Shown here: in pieces, positions 17,103-25,070 of the stretch
How the letters are laid out: each line of letters begins with the position of its first letter
Numbering within the stretch: position 1 is the stretch's first letter
Source of the DNA: Candidatus Eiseniibacteriota bacterium
GTDB lineage: Bacteria > Eisenbacteria > RBG-16-71-46 > CAIMUX01 > VGJL01
Assembly: GCA_041946735.1 (NCBI GenBank)
Contig: JBHGAY010000045.1
Location: 1 to 25,070 of the forward strand
Direction of reading: 5' to 3'
DNA: 25,070 nucleotides
The notes under the pieces: model-generated
Told to the model about the DNA's origin: nothing
Seen by the model: the letters and a program-made list of their open reading frames with translations, nothing else
Database searches by the model: none
Position numbers and translations under genes: made by a program

Positions 17103-17171
17103 AGAGGCCGATCGCAGCGTCATCCGCCGCGATCGGCCTCTCAGGCATCTCGATCCCCCCGCGGGGGATCG
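17103..17171 (-). terminator. Two tandem GC-rich hairpins downstream of the 17173-19926 gene
   Basis: A 9-bp stem (17151-17159/17163-17171) and a 13-bp stem (17103-17115/17129-17141). The second is followed on the minus strand by GTGTTAT, only a weak U-tract. Confidence 0.6.
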
Positions 17172-17172
17172 C

Positions 17173-19926
17173 CTAATCGACCTTCACCGTGCGGCCGCTA
17201 TAGAGCGTCCGGCCTGCATCGACCACGCGCACGAAGTAGGCGCCGGCGGGGACTTCGCGGCCGAGTCCATCGCGCCCATCCCAGGTGAAGCCAGCGGGCG
17301 CGTGGTCGGACTGAAACGGAGCGACGACGACGCGCCGGCCACTCGCCGAGAAGATCTCTACGCGGGCGGCCGGGCTCGCGGACCCCGCACCAGAGAGCGA
17401 GAGGCTCAGCCGGTCGCGGAACGGCACGGGCCCCAACGTCCAGGCGGCAAAACCGGCACCATGCGGATCTCCCACGCTGGCCACGTCGGCTCCGATGACC
17501 CGATAGCCGATCCGCTGGACCTCCGGGCCTCCTGGCCCGTGCATCTTCGTGTACGCGAGGATCGCCTTGCCGGCGCCGCCGCTGGTGAGCTGCGGAAGGT
17601 CTTCCGGCAGGGGACCGTCGGTCACCGGGAATCCGCCCGGATCGAGCACGGAGCCGCTCGCGTCGATGCGAGCCGCGAAGATGTCTCCACGGAGTTGCTC
17701 GACGCCCGTCACGTAGCGGTAGTCGACCCACGCCGTGACGTACTGCTCGCCGTTCCACGCCGCCGTCGTGAAAAGCTGCTCCCCCGCGGCATCCGCGATC
17801 ACGAATGGCGCCGTCGCGAAGCTGCCGTCCGCATTCACGATCCGCCCTTCGATCGCCGAGGTTGGATACGTGTTCTGGTTCGACCAGGTAACGAGCGCCT
17901 GAGCGCCGGTGCCTGAGACCGCGAGGCCGGGCATGTCCTCATCGAAGGTGGGGCTGATCTGGATCGACGGCTGCGCGAGACCGTCCACTCCGACGAAGAC
18001 GCCGGTGATGACCGAAGAGACGACGTCGTGATTCCCTTGGTCCTCGTAGACGACGAAGAAGCGTCCGCCGAAGTCGGCGATGCGAACCCCGGGGATCACG
18101 AATCCCGGGCCGATCTGCGCCGGAGAGCCGATCAACGACATGTTCGACAGATCCACCCGCACACCTTTCAGATAGTTCTGGTCTCCGCTGAATGTGAAGG
18201 TGTAGGCGAGCAGGACGGATGATCCCACCGCACCGACGGCGGGAGCGCTCGCCGAGTCGGTCAGGAGCGTGACGGGCGCCGGATCGACCGGCGCCGCGCC
18301 GGCGTTCAGACGGCGGCCGAGGACCGACCCTCCCTGCGCCCAGACGACCAGGTAGTACGTTCCATTCCAGGTGACGGCGGGCGGGTAGCGCATCGTCTCG
18401 ACCGCGCTGGCGACCTCGACCGGCTCCGCGTCGATCGGATTGCCGCTCGCATCGACCCGCTGCGCGAGGATCCGGGTCGTGCCGCCGCCCTGGGAGACGA
18501 AGACCGCGAGCACCTCGTTGCCGTTGCGCGCGAACTGCACGTGGGTCTGGCGCCGCAGCCCGTTGCTCAGATCCTGAACGGGAGACCCGTTGCCCGCCGC
18601 GTCCACGTACGACGAGCGGACGTTCTCGAGGTAGTCGAGGTTGGTGTGCCGCTCGCCCCAGGCGACCTGCGACGATCCGTCGCCGGCGCAGGCGATCGCG
18701 GGGCGGTACTGGTTCTGTCCGGTCTCCTGGACCGCGCTCGTCCCGAGGATCTGCCCGGAGGTGGAGATGCGCGAGAGCCAGATCACGGTGTGAAAGACCG
18801 TGCCGCCCGAGTTGACGACACGCCACTCGGAGCCGCTCCAGGCGACGTCGAGGCCGCGAACGTCCTGTCCCTCGGGAGAACTGAGCGCGATGCCGTTGGG
18901 ATCGAGCGAGACCCCGTCGTGCGTGACGCGATGGACCTTGTTGTACCGAGACGTCACGAGGAAGTCGGTGCCGTCGGACGCCACGCACGGGCGGTAGCCG
19001 AAGTCGGTGATGATGAACTCCGATCCGATGCCGGTGAGCGAGAGGGACACACGCTTCCCGTAGATGTCGTAGAAGCCGGCGCGTTCCCAGACGACAAGCC
19101 ACTGATCGCCGCCCCAGGCGAGGTGCGGGTAGATCGGTCCGAAGACGTTGTCCGGATGCTGGTAGAGGGTGATCGAGTTCGCGTCGAGGATCGTGCCGTT
19201 CGCATCGACGCGCTTCGCAGCGATCTTCGGCCGCCCGGTCTGTCCCTGCCAGAGGATGTCCACCCAGGCGACCACCCACTGCTGCCCGTCGCTGACCACC
19301 GTCGGATACTCCGCGTAGTCGTTCGCGGGATCGTTGTTCTCGGGCCGGAGGACGATCGGCTCCGCATCGAGGACCTGCCCGCCGGCCGAGACGCGCGCGC
19401 CGACGACGTCCTCGAAGAAGTACCAGTCCGGACGCTCCGTGGTCCACACGACGAGCCATGCTTGAGCCGCCTCGTTCCAAGCGACCTCGGGCTTCGTCTG
19501 GTTGCGTCCCTGCTGGCAGACGAGGAGTGGACCCGCGTCGAGCGGCACGCCCGCCGGATCCAGCCGCATCGCATAGATGTCGGTCTCGTTGCCGGTAAGC
19601 GGCTCGTAGGCGGTGTTGATGTAGCCGCTCAGAACCGAGCGGCGATCTTCCCAGACCACGAGGTAGCCGGGACCGCCGGCCGCGATGCGCGCCTGGTCCT
19701 GCACGTCGACCGCCGTGACCTGCGCGGCGTCGCCGGGCAGGCAGCGCTGCTCGGAGAGCGCGGGCGGGTCGGCGAGCGCCGGCGTGCTGAGCGCGGCGGT
19801 CGCAGCGAGCGCCGCGAAGGCCACGATGGCGAGGAGGCCTCTGGTCGAGGATGCGGCTCGACTACGTGTGGGTGCGAATCCCGGCGTGCAGAGAGCGCGA
19901 GAGGCTCTATCAGGACGGTTCATCAT
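17173..19926 (-). CDS. Secreted beta-propeller-like repeat protein with C-terminal FlgD-Ig/T9SS-type-A-like domain
   Basis: Start MMNRPD (19926 or 19923) follows purine-rich GAAGGGGAAG. Signal peptide ends ...TPALA. About 14 repeats of P.VAW.G..YLVVW...DIY..R....G..LD, then C-terminal GPVPFRD...VEIFSASGRRV...FTWDGRDGLGREVPAGAYFVRV. About 917 aa. Confidence 0.82.
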   Translation of the reverse strand: MMNRPDRASRALCTPGFAPTRSRAASSTRGLLAIVAFAALAATAALSTPALADPPALSEQRCLPGDAAQVTAVDVQDQARIAAGGPGYLVVWEDRRSVLSGYINTAYEPLTGNETDIYAMRLDPAGVPLDAGPLLVCQQGRNQTKPEVAWNEAAQAWLVVWTTERPDWYFFEDVVGARVSAGGQVLDAEPIVLRPENNDPANDYAEYPTVVSDGQQWVVAWVDILWQGQTGRPKIAAKRVDANGTILDANSITLYQHPDNVFGPIYPHLAWGGDQWLVVWERAGFYDIYGKRVSLSLTGIGSEFIITDFGYRPCVASDGTDFLVTSRYNKVHRVTHDGVSLDPNGIALSSPEGQDVRGLDVAWSGSEWRVVNSGGTVFHTVIWLSRISTSGQILGTSAVQETGQNQYRPAIACAGDGSSQVAWGERHTNLDYLENVRSSYVDAAGNGSPVQDLSNGLRRQTHVQFARNGNEVLAVFVSQGGGTTRILAQRVDASGNPIDAEPVEVASAVETMRYPPAVTWNGTYYLVVWAQGGSVLGRRLNAGAAPVDPAPVTLLTDSASAPAVGAVGSSVLLAYTFTFSGDQNYLKGVRVDLSNMSLIGSPAQIGPGFVIPGVRIADFGGRFFVVYEDQGNHDVVSSVITGVFVGVDGLAQPSIQISPTFDEDMPGLAVSGTGAQALVTWSNQNTYPTSAIEGRIVNADGSFATAPFVIADAAGEQLFTTAAWNGEQYVTAWVDYRYVTGVEQLRGDIFAARIDASGSVLDPGGFPVTDGPLPEDLPQLTSGGAGKAILAYTKMHGPGGPEVQRIGYRVIGADVASVGDPHGAGFAAWTLGPVPFRDRLSLSLSGAGSASPAARVEIFSASGRRVVVAPFQSDHAPAGFTWDGRDGLGREVPAGAYFVRVVDAGRTLYSGRTVKVD

Positions 19927-20318
19927 CTTCTTCCCCTTCTCGGTCGGCCCGCCACCCTGTGGCGCCGACGGCCAGTTACCGTAGTTGTCAGCTTGCGATC
20001 GGCTGCGCTGCTCGCTTGAGTGCTCGTGCGTGAAGGCGGCTTGGACCACGACCTGCCGGCCCGGCGTCGCGGTGGGGCCGGCATTCCGGTGTCGCGTCCG
20101 CCCTACGCGTCGTGCGTCCGTATCGTCGGCGAGGGCGGACCCGAGATACAGAGCAGATCGAGGACCGTCACGTTAATGTTCGGTAATGCCGTTCGTGCCC
20201 GAAAGACGTGGGGTCGTGGGGGCCGGTCGAGATGAAGATGAAGCCTCGCGAATGGCTCGACGCGCACCGCAGACGGCTTCCTTATGATTCCTGTCCGGTC
20301 GCCGCGTGACCCGCCGTC

Positions 20319-21629
20319 CTAGCTCCACCGTCGCGCCGTCCTCCGGATCGACCAGGGGAGGTAGTCGGCGACGAAGAGCAGGAGCAAGGGGAGGCCGACG
20401 GCCACCTGGACGAGCGCGCCGATCGAGTGGCGTCCGACCTCGCAGGCGTCTCCGTGCCAGACGAGGAGGATCTGCGGAGGCGCGAGGGCCAGCATCAAGA
20501 TCGGTACCCAGAGATGCGTCCTTCTCCTGCGGATCGCCAGCCAGACCGCCTCGACGACGACAGCAAGGAAGACCACGAGGAACGGGAGGAGGGAGATCGG
20601 GCGATTCAGGATGAACTCCGCCTTGTCCACCAGTCCCGATCGGAAGCCCGCCGGCGCCTTGTCGATGCGACTCGAAGTCCGTTGCCAGAATCGCAGCGGA
20701 GGATCGAGGAGGGAGTAGCCCGGGTGCGCGAGGAGGAAGCGCGCGTACGTCCGGCGCCCGTGATCGCGCGCCCAGTCGCAGAAGGCGGCGATCTCCGCCC
20801 CCTCGCCCAGTTCCTCCTCGTCGCCGAACGGTCCCTTCCCGGCCAGACCTCGCACGGAGTCGGTCCACGGCATCCCGGCGAGCTGGAAGTGGGCGGCGGC
20901 GTGCGGGTCCGTCAGGACTCGCTCGCAAACGACGTTGTAGAAGGGGACCAGCCATCGCTTTCCCACATCGGCGGACCGTAGGCTCCCGAACCAGATCGCG
21001 ACGAATGACGCGGCGAGCGCGAGGTAGAGGAGTCGCCGGCGCGGCTTGGCGGCGCGCCGGAGCGCGAGCGGGAGGAGGAGCATGCCAAGTAGGAGAAGCG
21101 CATAAGCGTTGGTATCCCTCGCTAAAGCTAGCCCGGCGCCGGGGAGAACGAGCGCGATCGACGGCGCAAGCCCGGGGCGCCGCACGAGCCAGAGCGAGGC
21201 GGCCGCGAAGGACGCGAGCAAGGAGAGGGAGAACGACTCGGTGAGCATCATCCCGTTCCACGAGGAGATAGGACCGCTCGTGCCGATGCCAAGGAGCAGG
21301 AGCAGCGCGAGCAGCGCGACCGGCAGGCTGCGTATCGCGAGCGCGGCGGCGATGGCGAGACTACCCCAAGCCATGATCGAGAACAGGGTCTGGGCGAGCA
21401 GGATGCGGCGGGGATCGCAGCCGAGGATCTTATACGCGAGCGGGACCAGCGCCGGCTTGCTGCCACCCCACATGTGAGTGGAGAGCAGCGGGTGAGACGC
21501 CTGAATGCGTATGCACTTCGTGTCGACGCCGGGGACCGCGGTCTGGTCCCCATCCCAGAGAGGGAGCGATTGCGCGAGTCCGCAGAGGAGAACCACGAAA
21601 ATGTAGAGGACGGGCCGGGTGCGTTTCAT
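20319..21629 (-). CDS. Polytopic membrane protein, putative GT-C-fold (PMT/ArnT/RgtA-like) glycosyltransferase
   Basis: ATG 21629 follows GAGAGG. Many hydrophobic helices, an Asp in the first extracytoplasmic loop (VDTK), an MLTES motif and a large soluble loop. 436 aa. The function call is tentative. Confidence 0.6.
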   Translation of the reverse strand: MKRTRPVLYIFVVLLCGLAQSLPLWDGDQTAVPGVDTKCIRIQASHPLLSTHMWGGSKPALVPLAYKILGCDPRRILLAQTLFSIMAWGSLAIAAALAIRSLPVALLALLLLLGIGTSGPISSWNGMMLTESFSLSLLASFAAASLWLVRRPGLAPSIALVLPGAGLALARDTNAYALLLLGMLLLPLALRRAAKPRRRLLYLALAASFVAIWFGSLRSADVGKRWLVPFYNVVCERVLTDPHAAAHFQLAGMPWTDSVRGLAGKGPFGDEEELGEGAEIAAFCDWARDHGRRTYARFLLAHPGYSLLDPPLRFWQRTSSRIDKAPAGFRSGLVDKAEFILNRPISLLPFLVVFLAVVVEAVWLAIRRRRTHLWVPILMLALAPPQILLVWHGDACEVGRHSIGALVQVAVGLPLLLLFVADYLPWSIRRTARRWS

Positions 21630-21814
21630 GGGTGCCTCTCTTCGGTGGCCGGTGCGCAGGGGACCGCGAGAGCGCCGGAGCGTGGAAGCGCCTAATCCCG
21701 GAAGCGCCGGCCTGCCGAACCACAAGGTGTCGTGACAACGCGAAGGCTACGGTCCCCCCCGTGACAGGCGTTGACGCCCCCCCGAACGCAGGCAGGACGG
21801 AAGGGGGACGGAGC

Positions 21815-21850
21815 GAAGACGGAGGGAAGACGCAGGGAAGACGCAGGGAA
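21815..21850. repeat. Purine-rich tandem repeat, 3 x 11 bp (GAAGACGSAGG)
   Basis: Units at 21815-21825, 21826-21836 and 21837-21847, inside a long purine-skewed (+ strand) intergenic tract. Confidence 0.8.
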
Positions 21851-21904
21851 AGCCGATGGAGGGCAGCGAGGACGGAGGACAGAGGAATAGGCGGGGATAG
21901 GAGC

Positions 21905-21941
21905 GCGGAGCCGCCGGGCCTTCAGCCTTCGGCGGCTCCGC
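21905..21941 (-). terminator. GC-rich hairpin downstream of the RCC1-repeat gene
   Basis: 12-bp stem GCGGAGCCGCCG (21905-21916)/CGGCGGCTCCGC (21930-21941), about 20 nt after the stop. It is followed on the minus strand by a C/T-rich tract rather than poly-U. Confidence 0.55.
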
Positions 21942-21959
21942 TCCGATGTCAGCGATCTT

Positions 21960-24323
21960 CTACGACAGGATCAAGATACGCCGCGACTCGGCGCGCCCGT
22001 CGAAGCGCAGAATGATGTAGTAGGACCCCGCCGGCACGCGCCACGGCCCGCCGCCGTTGCCTTGCCGCAGGTCGATCGACAGCGAGTGCGAGCCTTCGTC
22101 CAGCTCCCCCTCGAAGACGCGCGCCACGCGGCGCCCCGATACGTCGACGAGATCGAGCGAAGCATGCCCGCGCTCCGGCATCTCGAGGTCGATCGTCGCT
22201 GGGCCCGCCGTCGCCCGCAGAGGCTGCGGCCGCACCGCGTGGATCGCGAGTGGGTGCGCGAGCCGCCCGACGTGCACGGGAACCGTCCGCACGATCTCCG
22301 GCCCGCCGGCGCCCCGCAGCATTCCCAGCCGGTACTCGTAGTCGTGGTTCGATCGGACCGTCGCGTCGAGGAACTCGAACGCACCGTCGCGTGAGGTCAG
22401 CGGCTCGGTCGTCAGGCGATCCCCGGGCAATGCGCCGCCCGGCTCCGCGCGATAGACATGGAACGACGCGCCCGCGAGATCCCCGGCGACCGCCCAACGC
22501 AGGCGCACCTCGCGCTCGCGCACCTCGGCCGTCGCGTCGGTGATCTGCACGGCGGTCGGCGCCACCCTCCGCACGGCAGCGCTGTGCGAGTCTTTCCCCG
22601 CTCCGATCGCGAGCCAGTCGGCGTTCGGCTCCGGAATGTCGCATTCTCCGAACGTGTGGGATCCCCAGCAGGCGAGCGTTCCGTCCGACTTCAGTCCCAA
22701 CGTGTAGAACATGCCCGCCGAGATCGCGACGAAGTCGGCGTTCGGCTCCGGGATGTCGCACTGGCCCTGATCGTTCGAGCCCCAGCAGACGATCGTCCCG
22801 TCGGACTTGAGACCCAGGCTGTGCCACCAGCCGGCGGCAGCCGCGACAAAGTCGGTGTTGGGCTCGGGCACGTCGCACTGGCCGACGTTGTTCAGGCCCC
22901 ACCCGACGATCGAGCCGTCCGACTTGAGTCCGAGGCTGTGGAGTCTCCCGCCGGCGACCGCGACGAAGCCCTCGTTCGGCACTGGCGGGTCCGACTGGCC
23001 ATAGTTGTTCTCTCCCCAACACGCGACGGTCCCGCCGGAACGGACGGCGAGGCAGTGGTCCCAGCCGGCGGCGATGGCCGTGAAGCCGGCGTTGGGCGGG
23101 GGGACGTCGATCTCGCCGTGGTAGTTCGATCCCCAGGCGAGGATCGAACCGTCGGACTTCAGTGCGAGGGTGTGATTTTCGCCGGCGCTGATCGCAACGA
23201 AGTCCGCGTTGGAGGACGGGAGAGTGCACTTCCCCCACGCGCGCAAGCTGCCGTCCTCCTTGAGGCCGAGCGTGTAGTCTTGGCCTGAGGCCACGGCGAC
23301 GAATCCCTCGTTCGGGACGACCAGGCTTCGATCCAACGCGACGACGGTTCCGTCGGACTTCAAGCCGACGCTTTGCAGGTAGCCCGCAGCGATCGCGACA
23401 TAGTCCTCGTTGGGGTCAGGGATGTTGTATTGGCCGTAGATGTTATCTCCCCAAGCGACGATTGATCCGTCCGACTTCAGACCCAGGCTGTGCCGGTAGC
23501 CGGCGGCGACCGCGACAAAGTCGTCGTTCGGTTCGGGGACGTCGCACTGTCCATGGGAGTTTGATCCCCATGCGATGATCCTACCGTCGGACTTCAGGCC
23601 CAGCGCGTGGTAACCGTTGGTGGAGACCGCGACGAAGTCGGCATTGGGTGCGGGGACGTTGCACTGGCCGAGGCCGTTCTCTCCCCAGGCGACGATCCTG
23701 CCGTTGTACCGGAGCGCCGCGCTGACGCACAAGCCGGCGGAGATCGCGACGAAGCCGGCGTTGGGCTCCGGGACGTCGCACTCGCCGTCGAGGTTCTGTC
23801 CCCAGGCGACGACGGTGCCGTCGGATCTCAAGGCGACACTGTGATGCAGTCCCGCTGCGACCGCCACGAAGTCGGCATTCGGCTCGGGGACGTCGCACTG
23901 TCCGTAGTCGTTCCATCCCCATGCGGTGATCGATCCGTCAGACCTCAGGCCAAGGCAATGACACTCGCCGCTGACTTGAACGAAGTCGATGTTGGGTGCC
24001 GGGATGTGGCAGGTACCGTGGCCGGCGTTGCCCCACGGGACGATGCTCCCGTCGGGCCGGATGGCCATGTTGTATTCCCATCCCGCCATGATGCCAACGA
24101 CCCCCTCGAGGGCGGACGGCTCGGGGATGATCTGGTCTCCCCAGGCGAGGACCGGTCCGCTCGTCTGGGCGTCCGCGGGTGTCGCGAAGATGCCCAGGGC
24201 GGCAAAGATGCCGAGGGCGGCGGCGGCAAGAAACGAGACTACGGTGAGCATCGAGAGCAGCCGGAGAGGCACGGCGGACGGTATCGGCCTCGGTGGCGCT
24301 TCAGAACCTTCAGGGGCTCGCAT
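21960..24323 (-). CDS. Secreted RCC1/BLIP-II-like repeat protein with Fn3-like and C-terminal FlgD-Ig/T9SS-type-A-like domains
   Basis: ATG 24323 follows SD GGGAGGGA. Signal peptide ends ...TPADA. 14 copies of ~39-aa DFVAVAAGxxHSLGLKSDGSIVAWGxNxxGQCDVPEPNA, then VRLRW...FHVYRA...FEFLD...YEYRL and RPQP...DVSGRRVARV...GSYYIIL. 787 aa. Confidence 0.9.
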   Translation of the reverse strand: MRAPEGSEAPPRPIPSAVPLRLLSMLTVVSFLAAAALGIFAALGIFATPADAQTSGPVLAWGDQIIPEPSALEGVVGIMAGWEYNMAIRPDGSIVPWGNAGHGTCHIPAPNIDFVQVSGECHCLGLRSDGSITAWGWNDYGQCDVPEPNADFVAVAAGLHHSVALRSDGTVVAWGQNLDGECDVPEPNAGFVAISAGLCVSAALRYNGRIVAWGENGLGQCNVPAPNADFVAVSTNGYHALGLKSDGRIIAWGSNSHGQCDVPEPNDDFVAVAAGYRHSLGLKSDGSIVAWGDNIYGQYNIPDPNEDYVAIAAGYLQSVGLKSDGTVVALDRSLVVPNEGFVAVASGQDYTLGLKEDGSLRAWGKCTLPSSNADFVAISAGENHTLALKSDGSILAWGSNYHGEIDVPPPNAGFTAIAAGWDHCLAVRSGGTVACWGENNYGQSDPPVPNEGFVAVAGGRLHSLGLKSDGSIVGWGLNNVGQCDVPEPNTDFVAAAAGWWHSLGLKSDGTIVCWGSNDQGQCDIPEPNADFVAISAGMFYTLGLKSDGTLACWGSHTFGECDIPEPNADWLAIGAGKDSHSAAVRRVAPTAVQITDATAEVREREVRLRWAVAGDLAGASFHVYRAEPGGALPGDRLTTEPLTSRDGAFEFLDATVRSNHDYEYRLGMLRGAGGPEIVRTVPVHVGRLAHPLAIHAVRPQPLRATAGPATIDLEMPERGHASLDLVDVSGRRVARVFEGELDEGSHSLSIDLRQGNGGGPWRVPAGSYYIILRFDGRAESRRILILS

Positions 24324-24365
24324 GATTCCCTCCCTCGCACGACTGACACGGGGCGGGACGGGGGA

Positions 24366-24400
24366 GGCATCGCGGGCATCGCGGGCATGCGGACATCGCG
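24366..24400. repeat. Degenerate 9-bp tandem repeat (GGCATCGCG) x4
   Basis: GGCATCGCG GGCATCGCG GGCAT-GCG GACATCGCG in the leader of the RCC1-repeat gene. Confidence 0.7.
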
Positions 24401-24601
24401 CGCGGCCTCGTCCACGCCCATCGGGAACGTGAACGCGGGGATTCGTCCGCTGAGGATTGTACTCCGGATGCGATGGCAAGTGGGGCGGGAAGCGGCGGGG
24501 GCGGGGAAGGATCTCATCTACTACCTGGCGATCCCAACGGGCGGCAATTGTTGCCGGATGGACGCGCGTCGCGCGAGGCGCGGCAGGGTATGGGTGCGAC
24601 T

Positions 24602-24617
24602 ATTTGACATGTCAAAT
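24602..24617. promoter_or_regulatory. Perfect 16-bp AT-rich palindrome, candidate operator
   Basis: ATTTGACATGTCAAAT is self-complementary and carries TTGACA on both strands. It lies about 280 bp upstream of the RCC1-repeat gene. Confidence 0.55.
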
Positions 24618-25070
24618 TCGCGCAGCGAGACCCGCGCACGCGGAGGCGACGGTCGCGGATGGCGCCGCGCGTCGTCCTACTGTCTTGTGTGCATGTCACC
24701 GCCGGCCGTCGCATGGTGCATCGACGGGATGTTGTGAGGGCAGCGGAGCCCGACGGCCGGGCGGCCGGGCGAGCAGGCGTCCCAGGCGGCGCGCGCTCGG
24801 TGCCGGCAGGGCGGACCGACCGTCCCGCAGAAAGTGCGGAGAAGTCCTCGAGGACTTGCGCGGAGTTTTTGGAGGACGGGCGCCCGGTCTCGCCGAGCGC
24901 CGCAGGGCGCACAGAGGACGGCGCCGCCTGTCCGGCGCGCCGGAGGGGCTTCGACAGCGTGCGGAGCGAGGCGCTCGCCGATCCGATCGCCCTGCGAGAG
25001 GGGGCGAGGGAGCCTGACCGGCGGACGAAGCGCCCTCGCTGTCCGTCCGAACGGTCCGGCCAGCTGACAA

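Noticed and set aside
22567..24158. Regularly spaced 117-bp DNA repeats as a possible CRISPR array or DGR target
   Set aside because: The repeats are degenerate, in-frame protein repeats with synonymous variation. No cas or reverse transcriptase gene and no template/variable repeat pair differing at adenines were seen.
24457..25070. ORFs in the right-hand region (24457-25017 +, 24696-25070 -, 24514-24912 -)
   Set aside because: Low-complexity translations with no SD or recognisable domain, so the region is treated as non-coding. A gene remnant cannot be excluded.

Overview
A very GC-rich bacterial window with no rRNA, tRNA, CRISPR array or recognisable transposase. It opens with the 3' part of a GH1 beta-glucosidase on the + strand; every other credible gene is on the - strand. 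These are an Eis-family GNAT acetyltransferase, a small secreted tri-heme cytochrome c, a 1310-aa beta-helix-like secreted protein and a helical hypothetical protein. Next comes a tightly coupled five-gene sugar operon (GH144/DUF3131-like lipoprotein, ABC solute-binding lipoprotein, two permeases, and a CBM/discoidin plus six-hairpin glycosidase-like protein), probably for beta-1,2-glucan use. The rest are an orphan AbrB/MazE-type antitoxin, a 14-repeat beta-propeller-like secreted protein, a GT-C-like membrane protein and a 14-repeat RCC1/BLIP-II-like secreted protein. The three large secreted proteins have unrelated bodies but share a C-terminal FlgD-Ig/T9SS-type-A-like domain, suggesting a common C-terminal sorting route in a high-GC, possibly FCB-related organism (taxonomy is inferred, not shown). 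Notable non-coding signals are a duplicated gene junction that creates a 9-codon bridging ORF, an FNR-like box upstream of the cytochrome, a perfect AT-rich 16-bp palindrome and a nested inverted-repeat element near the right end. All family calls come from motif recognition by eye; no searches were run.
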